Shown here: one piece after another, positions 40,301 through 49,158 of the stretch
Layout: the number at the start of each line of letters is the position of its first letter
How positions within the stretch are numbered: the first letter of the stretch is position 1
NCBI GenBank assembly: GCA_020632095.1
Contig: JACKGF010000001.1
Span: 605,366-669,365, forward strand
Source: Candidatus Nomurabacteria bacterium
Lineage (GTDB): Bacteria > Patescibacteriota > Minisyncoccia > Phycocordibacterales > UBA918
Reading direction: 5' to 3'
DNA length: 64,000 nucleotides
Notes under the pieces: model-generated
Told to the model about the DNA's origin: nothing
Seen by the model: only the letters and a program-made list of their open reading frames with translations
Databases searched by the model: none
Position numbers and translations under genes: made by a program

Positions 40301-40966
40301 CGTCACCGCAATATCTTTGATATCCCTGTACCCTTGATTAACCTCAAAGTTTGACAAAGTCGTCCCACAACGTGGACAAAGGTGCATACTTTTGAAACCT
40401 TCATACACCAAACCTTTTTCGTGTAGCGACTTAAAAACCCACCAGACACTTTCGGTGTAGGTGCTATCCATGGTTTTGTAATCGTTCTCCATGTCGGCAA
40501 AGCGGCCCATCCGCGGGATGATACGCTTCCAGTCGTCGGCGTATTCCATCACGGCGTCACGTGCTTGTTCATTAAAATTCTTGATACCGTACTCTTCGAT
40601 ATCGCGCTTAGTCGCCAAACCAAGCTTTTTCTCAATCAGGTTCTCGAGGGGCAACCCATGACAATCCCACCCCCACTTCCGCCGCACACGGTAGCCATTC
40701 ATCGTCCAAAAACGCGGAATCGCGTCCTTGATAGTTCCTGCTAAAATATGCCCGTAGTGTGGCAAGCCAGTCGCAAACGGTGGCCCGTCATAAAATACAA
40801 AATCTCCCTTCGGCTCCACTCCCGCTGGAGCCGCCAAACTTTTATTAAAAATATCCGCCTCTTCCCAAAAAGCCTGCACCGCTTCCTCGCGCAAAGCGAC
40901 GTCGGACTTCGGTGTCTCAGCTACTACTTCGACGCTATCATTTTCTCGATGGTGTTGTTTTTTCAT
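37364..40966 (-). CDS. ileS: Isoleucyl-tRNA synthetase with an inserted histidine-phosphatase (PGAM-like) domain.
   Basis: HYGH class I motif. WGWDCHGLPLE. WAISRQRYWGAPLPIW. KMSKS. A ~170-aa domain with LMMRHGQSESN ... IVSHAGP lies between the Rossmann core and the VFDCWFESGSMPY segment. Confidence 0.85.
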   Translation of the reverse strand: MKKQHHRENDSVEVVAETPKSDVALREEAVQAFWEEADIFNKSLAAPAGVEPKGDFVFYDGPPFATGLPHYGHILAGTIKDAIPRFWTMNGYRVRRKWGWDCHGLPLENLIEKKLGLATKRDIEEYGIKNFNEQARDAVMEYADDWKRIIPRMGRFADMENDYKTMDSTYTESVWWVFKSLHEKGLVYEGFKSMHLCPRCGTTLSNFEVNQGYRDIKDIAVTVKLKLDAGQQISDFVTDNNTFLLVWTTTPWTLPGNMAAAVHNEIDYVKVTVKDVATGYESGTIENGNVISQINANAGESFVIARDRMVQIAGLPKEDERIIFKGSELVGKKYQPPFAYLQNQDFEGKENAWTIYHADYVELGEEGTGAVHIAPAYGDDDMKLAQAHNVPIIHHVDEAGHFMDFVTDFAGQLVKPKDDEESGVNHKDADIEILKALQTAGKILKKENITHSYPHCWRCDTPLLNYATTSWFVEVTKIKADLVAANNKVNWVPDHVGTNRFGKWLEGARDWAISRQRYWGAPLPIWRNPETKEYKVIGSLADLQKFVPKGGNTYLMMRHGQSESNIADVISCNKDNDDNLTELGQEQALLATEAITKDIDIIIHSGFKRTKQTAEVVATKLPQAEIIEDDRIRELDLADDLEGKKWPEYNDQFADWAERFTKNLPGSENRRDVQKRMGEFLLDLERTYQGKKILIVSHAGPMFALECAAWGFDAEQAEKYFDGRNAYLGNAEVRPLGYTPYPRNDNFELDFHRPYIDEVKLFEGGVKLERVPDVFDCWFESGSMPYGQHHYMGENEAEFTKQNFPAKFIAEGLDQTRGWFYSLIVLGVALFGKSPFENVVVNGTVLAEDGRKMSKSLQNYPDPMDVAHTAGADAMRFYLLSSTAVKGEDFNFTEKEVIEQQRKNLGRLHNVLAMYEMFADGTKARDNSSHVLDRWIVARLNELINETTAGYKNYELDKATRPITDFIDDLSVWYLRRSRDRVKGDDVADKALALSTLRYTLKTLALVMAPVMPFYADYLWRAVKEEGDAESVHLAAWPENKEVDGVITEEMQVVRELVTTALEARTKANIKVRQPIASVSGPELSPDLQEVVLDELNAKSYKVSELIAIDTVLTSELITEGAVRELMRAVQGQRKTAGLEPQDKITLTISTNEAGEKAVNDYKEMLTKTVGAPIVTFAEVTEGEELTAGDFQFSFTIAKQ
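38807..39310 (-). other. Histidine-phosphatase superfamily (phosphoglycerate-mutase-like) domain embedded within IleS (aa ~553-720).
   Basis: RHG catalytic motif (RHGQSESN) near aa 558. Downstream SH(A) motif (VSHAGPMFA) near aa 697. Confidence 0.6.
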
Positions 40967-41044
40967 ATGAATTAACTATGTATATCAGACATAAATAAAG
41001 CATGTATATCAGACATGCAAGGCCATAATAGCATAAAAAGAGTT

Positions 41045-41085
41045 ATGGCCCACAATCAAGGATTGTGGGCCATATATTTTTTACC
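41045..41085. terminator. Hairpin plus T-run.
   Basis: ggcccacaatc-aagg-attgtgggcc followed by atatatttttt. Confidence 0.45.
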
Positions 41086-41284
41086 TAAGAAAGCCTTTCC
41101 AGAGCTTTCCTCTCATGAACCACAGCGGCTTGGTCAAGCAGAGCTGCAAGCTCACACGCAGCGAGGTAAGGCATCCTTGTTTCCTGCAAAGCCGCGAGAA
41201 TCCGTGCTCCAAACGGACCAAGTCCGGAAAGGCTCATCTGTGCCACAATGGCATCTGATTTCATTTTTTGACCCTCCGCGAAAG

Positions 41285-41930
41285 TTAAAATCTTAGACAA
41301 TTCAAACTCGAAGTAAACAAATTGAGTTTTCCTTTGATGTAACCTTCTTTGTCGGCCGATTCTGCCAAGCCCTTCTCAAAAGCATCAAGCTCACTTAAAG
41401 GGATTAGCGCGATGATGGTATCAGCTTCTCCACCATCGCAGACGAGCGCCTCTACAATCAAAGACCTGATAGCAGCTTTTTGTAGCTCTCGACTATCTAT
41501 CGACAAAGCACCATTTTTTCTTCCCACCTTAACTCCTTCTTCGAAAGACAAAATGTTATCTTTTCCAGTAACCACCCCGTCCCTTGCGACCTTGCCTATT
41601 ATTCTGATAAGCCCGCTCCCTACTATTATCAAGCTTGGGCTTGGGATATTGTCGAGCAGCACTAGCTTGAGCTTCGCTAAATTTATAGTCAGCAATCATG
41701 AGACGAAAATCTTCCACCTGTCTTTCTAGGGCCCGCAAAGCAAAACCCTTTTCTACACAAGGTAACCGGTTATCCGCCAGTAAATAATACATATAGATTA
41801 CTTTCCCACCGTCAGAGAAGAATACTCGAGTTGCACTACGCAGGCTACGTAGCAAAGCAAGACGAGCATCTCCAAACGAGCAACCAAGGCCCACCAGCAC
41901 AACCCTTGTTTCATTTTCAGGTTCACTCAT
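41285..41930 (-). CDS. Two overlapping minus-strand ORFs (41556..41930 and 41285..41695). Possibly one frameshifted gene; hypothetical.
   Basis: 140-nt overlap in different frames. No domain recognised. Confidence 0.3.
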
Positions 41931-42021
41931 TGATACCCTCCATCGAACAATTTTACCCAGCGGTCAACCGCGAGTTTCTGAGCAAAAGATTACATAATAA
42001 ATACTAAAAAAGCAAAGTGAC

Positions 42022-43098
42022 TTAATCAATCCTTACTTGAAACGGTTGGGGCTGGCCTTTAGTGTCAATTTCTACGATTTCTCTGCCTAAAACTTGCCCG
42101 CGCTTTGTTTCTACTGTACAGCGCCACAATCCACTACGGTAATTCTCTAAACTGGTGTATCCACGGTAACCACCTTCGTTAGCTCCAGAAATTTTATAAC
42201 CAAAGCGAAATTGTTGTTCCCAATCACCATTAGCGTTCTTATATTCCCAACGATGGAAAATTTCGGTCGACAATCTGGTGGGAGCGTAAACGCGGGCAAA
42301 ACAATCCACCGTATCGTATTTAGGATGTATGACCGGCCACAGAAATGGAATTTGTCGGTACCAAGGTTGAGTTTCAAATTCGACTCGATAATTACCATTA
42401 GCTTGTCTATCGACCGACTGCACAATTTCTAGCTCCGTGAGAGACAAAGGAATCGGAGGGATAATATTGGTAAAATAAAGAAAGTTAAGGGTAACAAAAA
42501 TACTACCAATTGAAATAATTATTCTCGTGGTGTTAAGTTGCATGAAATTAGGAATAATTTTATACAAAGTCTGCACCACAAAAGTAACTATCATCAAGGA
42601 AATAAGACTACTTAAAACAAAAATCTCATCCCCCATCCGACCCAGTAACACTGGTAGGACCAATACCACATAAGAAAATAAACCAACGAAGTATAAAGCA
42701 ATATGAAATAAGAGTTTGTCTGAACGCTTAGCTACCAGCTCATTACCCAACACCACCGCCACTATCATTAAAAGAAATGGTGCGCTAGCCAACCAATCGC
42801 CACTCCGACCATAGAAAATCAACATCCCTGATAACAATCCCCCAAAAGCGTACTGCATCAAAATTGGGGCGTAACGCTTTAAAAACCTAGCCAGAAATTC
42901 CGGTCCTCGATCAGCTACCCCAACATATAGAAGTAAAATAGAAACGGTTGCCAATATAGCGTAAAAAAGTAGAACTAAGTTGTCAAACAAATTATCAATC
43001 CGGTTTAGCAGAATGTTGTCAGTAATAAAACCAAGAACAAAACCAAAGGTTAACCAATGATTTTTTATATGTTTATAAATAGTTTTAACTATAGACAT
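42022..43098 (-). CDS. Polytopic membrane protein with a C-terminal soluble domain, hypothetical.
   Basis: About 7 TM helices followed by a ~150-aa hydrophilic domain. Confidence 0.5.
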   Translation of the reverse strand: MSIVKTIYKHIKNHWLTFGFVLGFITDNILLNRIDNLFDNLVLLFYAILATVSILLLYVGVADRGPEFLARFLKRYAPILMQYAFGGLLSGMLIFYGRSGDWLASAPFLLMIVAVVLGNELVAKRSDKLLFHIALYFVGLFSYVVLVLPVLLGRMGDEIFVLSSLISLMIVTFVVQTLYKIIPNFMQLNTTRIIISIGSIFVTLNFLYFTNIIPPIPLSLTELEIVQSVDRQANGNYRVEFETQPWYRQIPFLWPVIHPKYDTVDCFARVYAPTRLSTEIFHRWEYKNANGDWEQQFRFGYKISGANEGGYRGYTSLENYRSGLWRCTVETKRGQVLGREIVEIDTKGQPQPFQVRID

Positions 43099-43186
43099 AT
43101 AGTAATCATAACAAAGTCTAATTATTTAGATACCAAATACCCACCTTAGCTTGAAGCTAAGGTGGGTATTTGCAAGTTCTATATGT

Positions 43187-44455
43187 TTAATTAAATTTAT
43201 CTGGTACCGGAAAAGCTTCACACAAAGCCTGTACTTCTTGTTGGATAATTTTCTTCTCAGTCTCATCGTCCTTAGCTTTGAGTGTCCGAATCATTAGTTC
43301 AGCTAGCTTAGTTGCTTCAGCTTCTTTCATGCCACGAGTGGTCATAGCGGGTGTACCAAATCGAATTCCAGATGGGTCGAGCGCGGTGCGAGTTTCGCCA
43401 GCAATCATGTTTTTATTCAAGGTAATACCCACTTCATCGAGTACTGTTTCCGCTTCCTGTCCAGTGATTCCAAGCGAACCATAAACATCGGCCAGCAACA
43501 AGTGATTGTCAGTTCCACCGCACAACAAGCGAACGTTATGTGCTTTGAAAACTACTTCCATCGCTTTAGCATTTTTTAATATTTGAGCGGCGTATAGTTT
43601 GAAAGAAGGCTGGAGAGCTTCGCCAAAGGCGACTGCTTTAGCAGCGATATTATTCATGTGTGGTCCACCTTGTATACCCGGAAAAACAGTCTTATTGATT
43701 CGTTTCGCAATATCCGCATCCTCTCTTACCAAAATCATTCCCCCGCGTGGACCACGCAGAGTCTTGTGAGTGGTAGTGGTAATAACATCAAACCCATAAT
43801 CAAAAGGGTTTTTAACGGCTCCACCCGCTATCAAGCCGGCAATGTGAGCCATGTCCGCCACAGTGTACGCCCCCACTTCTTTAGCGATGGCAACGAATTT
43901 TGTGTAATCGAGTTCCCGACTATATGCCGAAAAGCCAGCGAGAATAACTTTTGGTTTTTCGCGTAGTGCTACCTCTCGTAATTCTTCGTAATCAATCTCA
44001 CCAGTATCAACGTCCTTCATCTTGTAGCGGACAAAATTGAAGACTTTGTTGATACTGGTAGTTGGGTGACCGTGAGTTAAGTGTCCGCCGTGGGATAAGT
44101 CCATACCGAGTACAGTGTCGCCTGACTCCATCAGAGCGAAGTACATCGCGACGTTAGCGGCTGCACCACCGAGTGGTTGGACATTGGCATAACCAGCCTT
44201 AAAAAGCTTCTTGGCTCGCTCGATAGCTAAAGTCTCAATTTGGTCGGTAAACTCTTGCCCTCCATAGTAGCGCCGGCCGGGGTAACCTTCGGCGTATTTG
44301 TTGGTCAGGACCGAGCCGTTCGCTTCGCGAACGGCTCGCGATACGTAATTTTCACTCGGTATTAATTCCACTCCCCTTTTTTCTCTCTCCTCCTCTCCTA
44401 TCAAAGCTTTGTATACTTCAGTATCTTGGTCTTTAATATATTTATATTCATTCAT
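43187..44455 (-). CDS. glyA: Serine hydroxymethyltransferase.
   Basis: PLP-lysine motif TTTTHKTLRGPRGGMIL. SENYVSRAVREANGSVLTNKYAEGYPGRRYYGG. Confidence 0.95.
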   Translation of the reverse strand: MNEYKYIKDQDTEVYKALIGEEEREKRGVELIPSENYVSRAVREANGSVLTNKYAEGYPGRRYYGGQEFTDQIETLAIERAKKLFKAGYANVQPLGGAAANVAMYFALMESGDTVLGMDLSHGGHLTHGHPTTSINKVFNFVRYKMKDVDTGEIDYEELREVALREKPKVILAGFSAYSRELDYTKFVAIAKEVGAYTVADMAHIAGLIAGGAVKNPFDYGFDVITTTTHKTLRGPRGGMILVREDADIAKRINKTVFPGIQGGPHMNNIAAKAVAFGEALQPSFKLYAAQILKNAKAMEVVFKAHNVRLLCGGTDNHLLLADVYGSLGITGQEAETVLDEVGITLNKNMIAGETRTALDPSGIRFGTPAMTTRGMKEAEATKLAELMIRTLKAKDDETEKKIIQQEVQALCEAFPVPDKFN

Positions 44456-44553
44456 AAAATAGCATTAAATCAGTAATAATTGACCCTCTAGAAACTTGAA
44501 ATATAACCTTAAATCATATAGAAAAATATTTATGAGGTGATTATATCACGCTA

Positions 44554-44585
44554 AAAGGCTGGGCGCGAAGCGCCCAGCCTTTTAG
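44554..44585 (-). terminator. Terminator downstream of dut.
   Basis: aaaaggctgggcgc-gaa-gcgcccagcctttta. Confidence 0.6.
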
Positions 44586-44605
44586 CTCCCACCAGAAAAC
44601 TACAA

Positions 44606-45004
44606 CTAATCTTCCTCCGGACCTCCACTTAAGTCAGCTGCTTCAATCAATTGCATTTTATGAATCTTCTGTACCATTAGTTGCGCCACCTTTTCTCCAG
44701 CCGTAAATGTCACTGCTTCTGAACCTTTATTTTCAATCTCAACTGAAATCTCATCACGATAACCAGAAACCACCATGCTATCAGATACTTTAATTGGGTC
44801 AGTAATTGAAAAGCTATTCCTGCTCCAAACCAATCCTACGTATCCAACCGGTATTGCCATTGCCACTCCAGTTGAAACCACTACTTTCGCCCCCGGTTCA
44901 ACTACCACTTCATTAAGTGAATAGAGATCAATACCTGGGCCAGCCTCACTACTATAAGCAGGTAACTTAGCTTGGTCGTTTAATCGTTTTATTAAAATTT
45001 CCAT
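44606..45004 (-). CDS. dut: dUTP diphosphatase-like (dUTPase family).
   Basis: 132 aa. AGPGIDLY, GYVGLVWSRNS and VSGYRDEISVEIENKG resemble dUTPase motifs 1-4. Confidence 0.7.
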   Translation of the reverse strand: MEILIKRLNDQAKLPAYSSEAGPGIDLYSLNEVVVEPGAKVVVSTGVAMAIPVGYVGLVWSRNSFSITDPIKVSDSMVVSGYRDEISVEIENKGSEAVTFTAGEKVAQLMVQKIHKMQLIEAADLSGGPEED

Positions 45005-45008
45005 AAGA

Positions 45009-45674
45009 TTAATTTGTTATTAAAGGCTTAATAATATCGTGTAGCTCTGCACTAATATCTTCCTTACTACGTAATTTATCATCAACCACACAAGAAACTG
45101 TCAGCCACTTCTCTAACGCAGCAATATGCTTAGCTCCATCCTGCACGGCTCGCTGATACTCTTCATCAGTTTCAGTGTGACCAAGATTTGGTTTTTTTTC
45201 ATCGGTTGTTAGAAGAGCGTGTCTCATCTCAGCTGGCATATCTAAGTAAATAGTTAGGTCTGGACGAGGCATCTTGAAGACATCATATTCGAGTCGCCCC
45301 AACCAAAGCAGAAATGCTCCTCGCTTCTCTGTGTCATTTATCTTAGCTCCTTGATGAAGCATACTGGCGCTAGCATAACGATCTAAAATCACATTTTTGC
45401 CTTCCTTAAGATAACCAGAAATAGTGTCTCTGGTTTCAAACCGATCACCAGCAAACAAGATCGAAGCCAGTCTTGGATCCAGATCAACGAAATTGCCATG
45501 AACTTCATCAATCCATTCTTTAATATAAGAGCCAAAAAATGTATTTTCATAACGCGGAAACTCCATAGTTTCGACCGGAACTCCTTCAGCTTTAAAACGC
45601 TCCCCCAATAACTTAACCTGCGTCGCTTTACCAGCCCCATCCGCCCCTTCAATAACGATTAGTTTTCCTGACAT
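45009..45674 (-). CDS. tmk: Thymidylate kinase.
   Basis: LIVIEGADGAGKATQ P-loop. DRY motif (ILDRYASAS). Confidence 0.85.
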   Translation of the reverse strand: MSGKLIVIEGADGAGKATQVKLLGERFKAEGVPVETMEFPRYENTFFGSYIKEWIDEVHGNFVDLDPRLASILFAGDRFETRDTISGYLKEGKNVILDRYASASMLHQGAKINDTEKRGAFLLWLGRLEYDVFKMPRPDLTIYLDMPAEMRHALLTTDEKKPNLGHTETDEEYQRAVQDGAKHIAALEKWLTVSCVVDDKLRSKEDISAELHDIIKPLITN

Positions 45675-45739
45675 ATTAATTTTTGTTTATTGCGACAATG
45701 TTAACACACTAGTCATTCTTTCTACTCAGTCACGAACAG

Positions 45740-46756
45740 CTAACTTTTTTTGTTTTCGCTGAATCCTCCTATGTTTGCTATGTCTGCCTTTAGTGACGAA
45801 TGAGCTTGATAATTCTCTAAGGTTATATCATCTATTGTAAAACTATCGATATCTTTTATTTCTGGATTTAGCTTTACTTCAGGAAATGGCATTGGTTCTC
45901 GCAACATCTGTTCTTTAACTTGATCAAAGTGATTGGAGTAAATGTGCACATCACCAAAACTGTGAACAAATTCTCCAGGTGGAATATCCACCACTTGAGC
46001 TACCATTTTAAGTAGTAAAGCGTAACTAGCGATGTTAAACGGCACTCCTAAAAACAAATCGGCGGAACGTTGATAAAGTCCCAAATTCAGCTTTCCGTTA
46101 GCTACCTGGAATTGGAACATAGTGTGGCAAAACGGAGGAACATGTGACTTCTGACCTTCACTGGCCATCTCATATATAAAGTCTGGATTCCAAGCACTGA
46201 CCAAGTACGACTTACGATCTGGCTTATTTTTCAACCCTTCAATTACCCAAGCCAGTTGATCAATCTCCCTACCATCTTTAGCTGGCCACTTACGCCACAT
46301 GCGACCATAAATAGTAATAAGATCGCCCCATTTAACCACAAAAGGGTCAGTCGCTGGTAAGTCGGTTAATTTTTTTATAAATGACTCCTGTGTCAGGGTA
46401 CTTTTTTCTTCACCTTCTTCCGCCCACATTTGGTAATGTTTCCAAGCCCATTCGTCCCAAATATGATTATTTACATCGATCAAAGGTTTAATATTTGAGC
46501 TACCAGATAAAAACCACAACAACTCAGTAGTGATCCCCCTCCAAAAAGTTTTTTTGGTGGTAAGGAGAGGAAAACCTTCACTTAAGTCAAACCGAATTTG
46601 TCGACCAAAAACTGAACGAATGAAAGACGGTTCTTCACCTTTATTCTTATATTCCTCCAAAACTACATCATTAAAAAAAAGTTGTTTATCGGCACCGTTA
46701 TCAAGAATATCCTGACATAAATCTAAATATTGATACTCTGGGTGTTTTTTTGACAT
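45740..46756 (-). CDS. thyA: Thymidylate synthase (ThyA type, with insertions).
   Basis: LPPCHTMFQFQV. LYQRSADLFLGVPFNIASYALL. N-terminal FGRQIRFDLSEGFPLLTTKK. Confidence 0.9.
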   Translation of the reverse strand: MSKKHPEYQYLDLCQDILDNGADKQLFFNDVVLEEYKNKGEEPSFIRSVFGRQIRFDLSEGFPLLTTKKTFWRGITTELLWFLSGSSNIKPLIDVNNHIWDEWAWKHYQMWAEEGEEKSTLTQESFIKKLTDLPATDPFVVKWGDLITIYGRMWRKWPAKDGREIDQLAWVIEGLKNKPDRKSYLVSAWNPDFIYEMASEGQKSHVPPFCHTMFQFQVANGKLNLGLYQRSADLFLGVPFNIASYALLLKMVAQVVDIPPGEFVHSFGDVHIYSNHFDQVKEQMLREPMPFPEVKLNPEIKDIDSFTIDDITLENYQAHSSLKADIANIGGFSENKKS

Positions 46757-46768
46757 AATATATTTTGA

Positions 46769-47326
46769 TTATTTTTTCTTAGCTTCACTAAAGTGGTTGG
46801 AATTTTCGCTGTCGTATCGCCCTACCCCATCTTTCCCTAGGTACTTCTTGCTTGACTCACTGGTTAGCTGTGCAAACAATAACTGCGCTACTTCCATCCC
46901 AGGTCGGAGAATAATCGGCACGCAGTTGGTGTTTAACAATTCAAAAGTCGGATAAAAATGATGTCCTGGGTTAAATAGCATCGCGGTATTATGGACCACC
47001 AAACCAGCCCTCGCTAAAGAACTCTTACCCGACAAAAGCATCAGATGCTTGTGGTCAACACCAATAAATTCCTTTTGTTTACCCAGTACCGTCTCCCCCG
47101 GATGCAACACAAACTCCTCTCCATCAGCAATTTCTATCCGCCGAGTCTTCGGAAAAATTTTATTAACTGGATCAATCGCAGTGGTATTGTACCGATCTGT
47201 TACCTCAAATTCATTACCTAATGTAACATCATAGCTAGCCAACTGTAGCTTTTTTTCATCAAACGGTTTAATAATAATTGAACCATCTTCTACACATTTT
47301 TTAATATCAATATCGGAAAGAAACAT
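46769..47326 (-). CDS. dcd: dCTP deaminase.
   Basis: MFLSDIDIKKCVEDGSIIIKPF...LASYDVTLG. dUTPase-like fold. Confidence 0.8.
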   Translation of the reverse strand: MFLSDIDIKKCVEDGSIIIKPFDEKKLQLASYDVTLGNEFEVTDRYNTTAIDPVNKIFPKTRRIEIADGEEFVLHPGETVLGKQKEFIGVDHKHLMLLSGKSSLARAGLVVHNTAMLFNPGHHFYPTFELLNTNCVPIILRPGMEVAQLLFAQLTSESSKKYLGKDGVGRYDSENSNHFSEAKKK

Positions 47327-47336
47327 AGTTAGGGTA

Positions 47337-47918
47337 TTACACCTTCTTTATTAAAGCCTCTAATAAATCCTCTGAAAACAAATAGGATTCGATTCCTGCT
47401 GCTCTGGCTGCTGCTAGATTTTTTTCTTCATTGTCCACAAAACAAACTTCTTCACCCGGAAGATTTAACTCTTGCAAAACCGCCTCAAAGAATTTTGGGT
47501 CAGACTTACTAACCCCTAATCGACTGGAAAAGAAAAAGCCATCTAGTACATCTTTCTCTTCTAAAACTTTTTGGATATATTCGGCTCGGTATTGCTCGTT
47601 ATTGGATGCCATAAAACACTCGACTCCTTTCTGTCTCAATTCTTTAACTTGCAACGAAAGTGTTTCATTTATGGTGAAGTCTAGCTCAAACCAATATGAC
47701 AACAACTCTTCAACACCACTCTCCCAATTCCACTTTTCAAGATAAGGCTCAATGACTTCTTTTAAATCGGCTTTTCCTGCCTGACATAAAAGGTACTCTT
47801 TCCGAAAAAATTCAGTAACAGTCTCTTCTGGCACCCCTTGTACTCTAGCCAAATGAATACTGAAGTACTCACCTTTCCCGAGAACCACACCGTCTGCATC
47901 CAGTAGTAAAGCTTTCAT
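47337..47918 (-). CDS. HAD-superfamily hydrolase.
   Basis: N-terminal DxDG motif (LLDADGVV). C-terminal VDNEEKN. Confidence 0.7.
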   Translation of the reverse strand: MKALLLDADGVVLGKGEYFSIHLARVQGVPEETVTEFFRKEYLLCQAGKADLKEVIEPYLEKWNWESGVEELLSYWFELDFTINETLSLQVKELRQKGVECFMASNNEQYRAEYIQKVLEEKDVLDGFFFSSRLGVSKSDPKFFEAVLQELNLPGEEVCFVDNEEKNLAAARAAGIESYLFSEDLLEALIKKV

Positions 47919-47924
47919 AATTTA

Positions 47925-48599
47925 TTACTCAATATTAAAAGTTTTCTCTGTCCCATAATACTCTGGCCAGTTTTCGTTGTAGTGGGCGAACATACGTTCT
48001 AGTCTGTCTTGTGGTAGCTCCACTACTCCAAGCTCCGCCATCAATTCCTCAATTTCTTGTCTGACCCCATCTAGCTGACTTTCATCAGCCACAATCTTTT
48101 CAAATTCAGCTAAATATCCATAACCGGCATTTTTGTCGAAGCAGACATTCGCTCCCTTGTATTCATACTCCTCACGTTCGCGTGACCATTTAGCTTGATA
48201 GGTAAAACCAGACTCCAGCACCAGAGCATCTAATTCATCCAGAGTAATTGACACTGCTTCCTCAAACTCCAAGCGAGAGACCGTGTTGGCACTCGTACCG
48301 CTATCAATCGAAGCTTTCACCACCAACAGCACTTCTTCGTCTCTCTGCCTAGTTCGCACCGAAAAACTAGACCCTTTCTCCGCTATGTGCAAAAACTTGG
48401 CTTGGTTTTCTTCCGAAAAAAGCTGGCTGGTTTTTTTATACAATTCCATCACCTCACCATCCTTAAAATAATGATTGAGTTGTTTGTTGGTCGAAACACA
48501 AGCGCAGTTCGGATCTAGTTCGTTCATTTTAGCTTTTACCTCATCGGCTCGGTCTTTAGCGCCAAGCAAGCTTTTAATTTCAATTTCATAGTGAGCCAT
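47925..48599 (-). CDS. CYTH-domain protein (CyaB-like class IV adenylyl cyclase / triphosphatase family).
   Basis: N-terminal EIEIKSLL (ExExK signature). Acidic residues arranged as in a triphosphate tunnel. Confidence 0.55.
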   Translation of the reverse strand: MAHYEIEIKSLLGAKDRADEVKAKMNELDPNCACVSTNKQLNHYFKDGEVMELYKKTSQLFSEENQAKFLHIAEKGSSFSVRTRQRDEEVLLVVKASIDSGTSANTVSRLEFEEAVSITLDELDALVLESGFTYQAKWSREREEYEYKGANVCFDKNAGYGYLAEFEKIVADESQLDGVRQEIEELMAELGVVELPQDRLERMFAHYNENWPEYYGTEKTFNIE

Positions 48600-48671
48600 A
48601 TATTCACATTATACTATCCCAATTATTAACCACAAAAAGACATAAATAATTCCTTATGTCATAATGTACTG

Positions 48672-49157
48672 ATGAATCACCCACGCATCAGTATCATCGC
48701 CGCTATTGGCCAAAACCGCGAATTAGGTAAGAAAAATGACCTGATTTGGCGTATTCCAGAGGATCTCAAACGCGTCAAAGAACTCACTACAGGCCACACC
48801 ATAATCATGGGCTTAAACACCTATAATTCTATCGGCCGACCCTTACCCAACCGAGTCAATATAGTTATTTCAGATAAAAATAAAGAAATTGACGGATGTA
48901 TAGTGGCCAGTTCTCTAGACGAAGCTTTGGACCTAGCCAAACAAAATGAAGCTGAAGAAATATTTATTTTTGGTGGCGCGCGGGTTTACCACGACGCTAT
49001 ACCGCTTGTGACTAGGCTCTACCTTACTCTAATCAAAGGAACCGACACTGAAGCCGATGTCTTCTTCCCTGATTATTCAAACTTCACCACCACCCTAAAA
49101 TCTGAAGATTTCCCCGATGCAGAAATCCCATTTACCTGGGTGACTTTAGAAAAATAA
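48672..49157 (+). CDS. folA: Dihydrofolate reductase.
   Basis: ISIIAAIGQNRELGKKNDLIWRIPEDLKRVKELTTGHTIIMG. GGARVY. Confidence 0.85.
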   Translation: MNHPRISIIAAIGQNRELGKKNDLIWRIPEDLKRVKELTTGHTIIMGLNTYNSIGRPLPNRVNIVISDKNKEIDGCIVASSLDEALDLAKQNEAEEIFIFGGARVYHDAIPLVTRLYLTLIKGTDTEADVFFPDYSNFTTTLKSEDFPDAEIPFTWVTLEK

Positions 49158-49158
49158 A

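Noticed and set aside
40967-41285. T-box leader upstream of ileS.
   Set aside because: There is no AGGGTGGNACCGCG T-box sequence or specifier-loop architecture. Only a short direct repeat (atgtatatcagacat x2) and a terminator-like hairpin are present.
41349-41729. 126-aa Ser-rich plus-strand ORF.
   Set aside because: It is a low-complexity antisense overlap of the 41285..41930 minus-strand ORFs.
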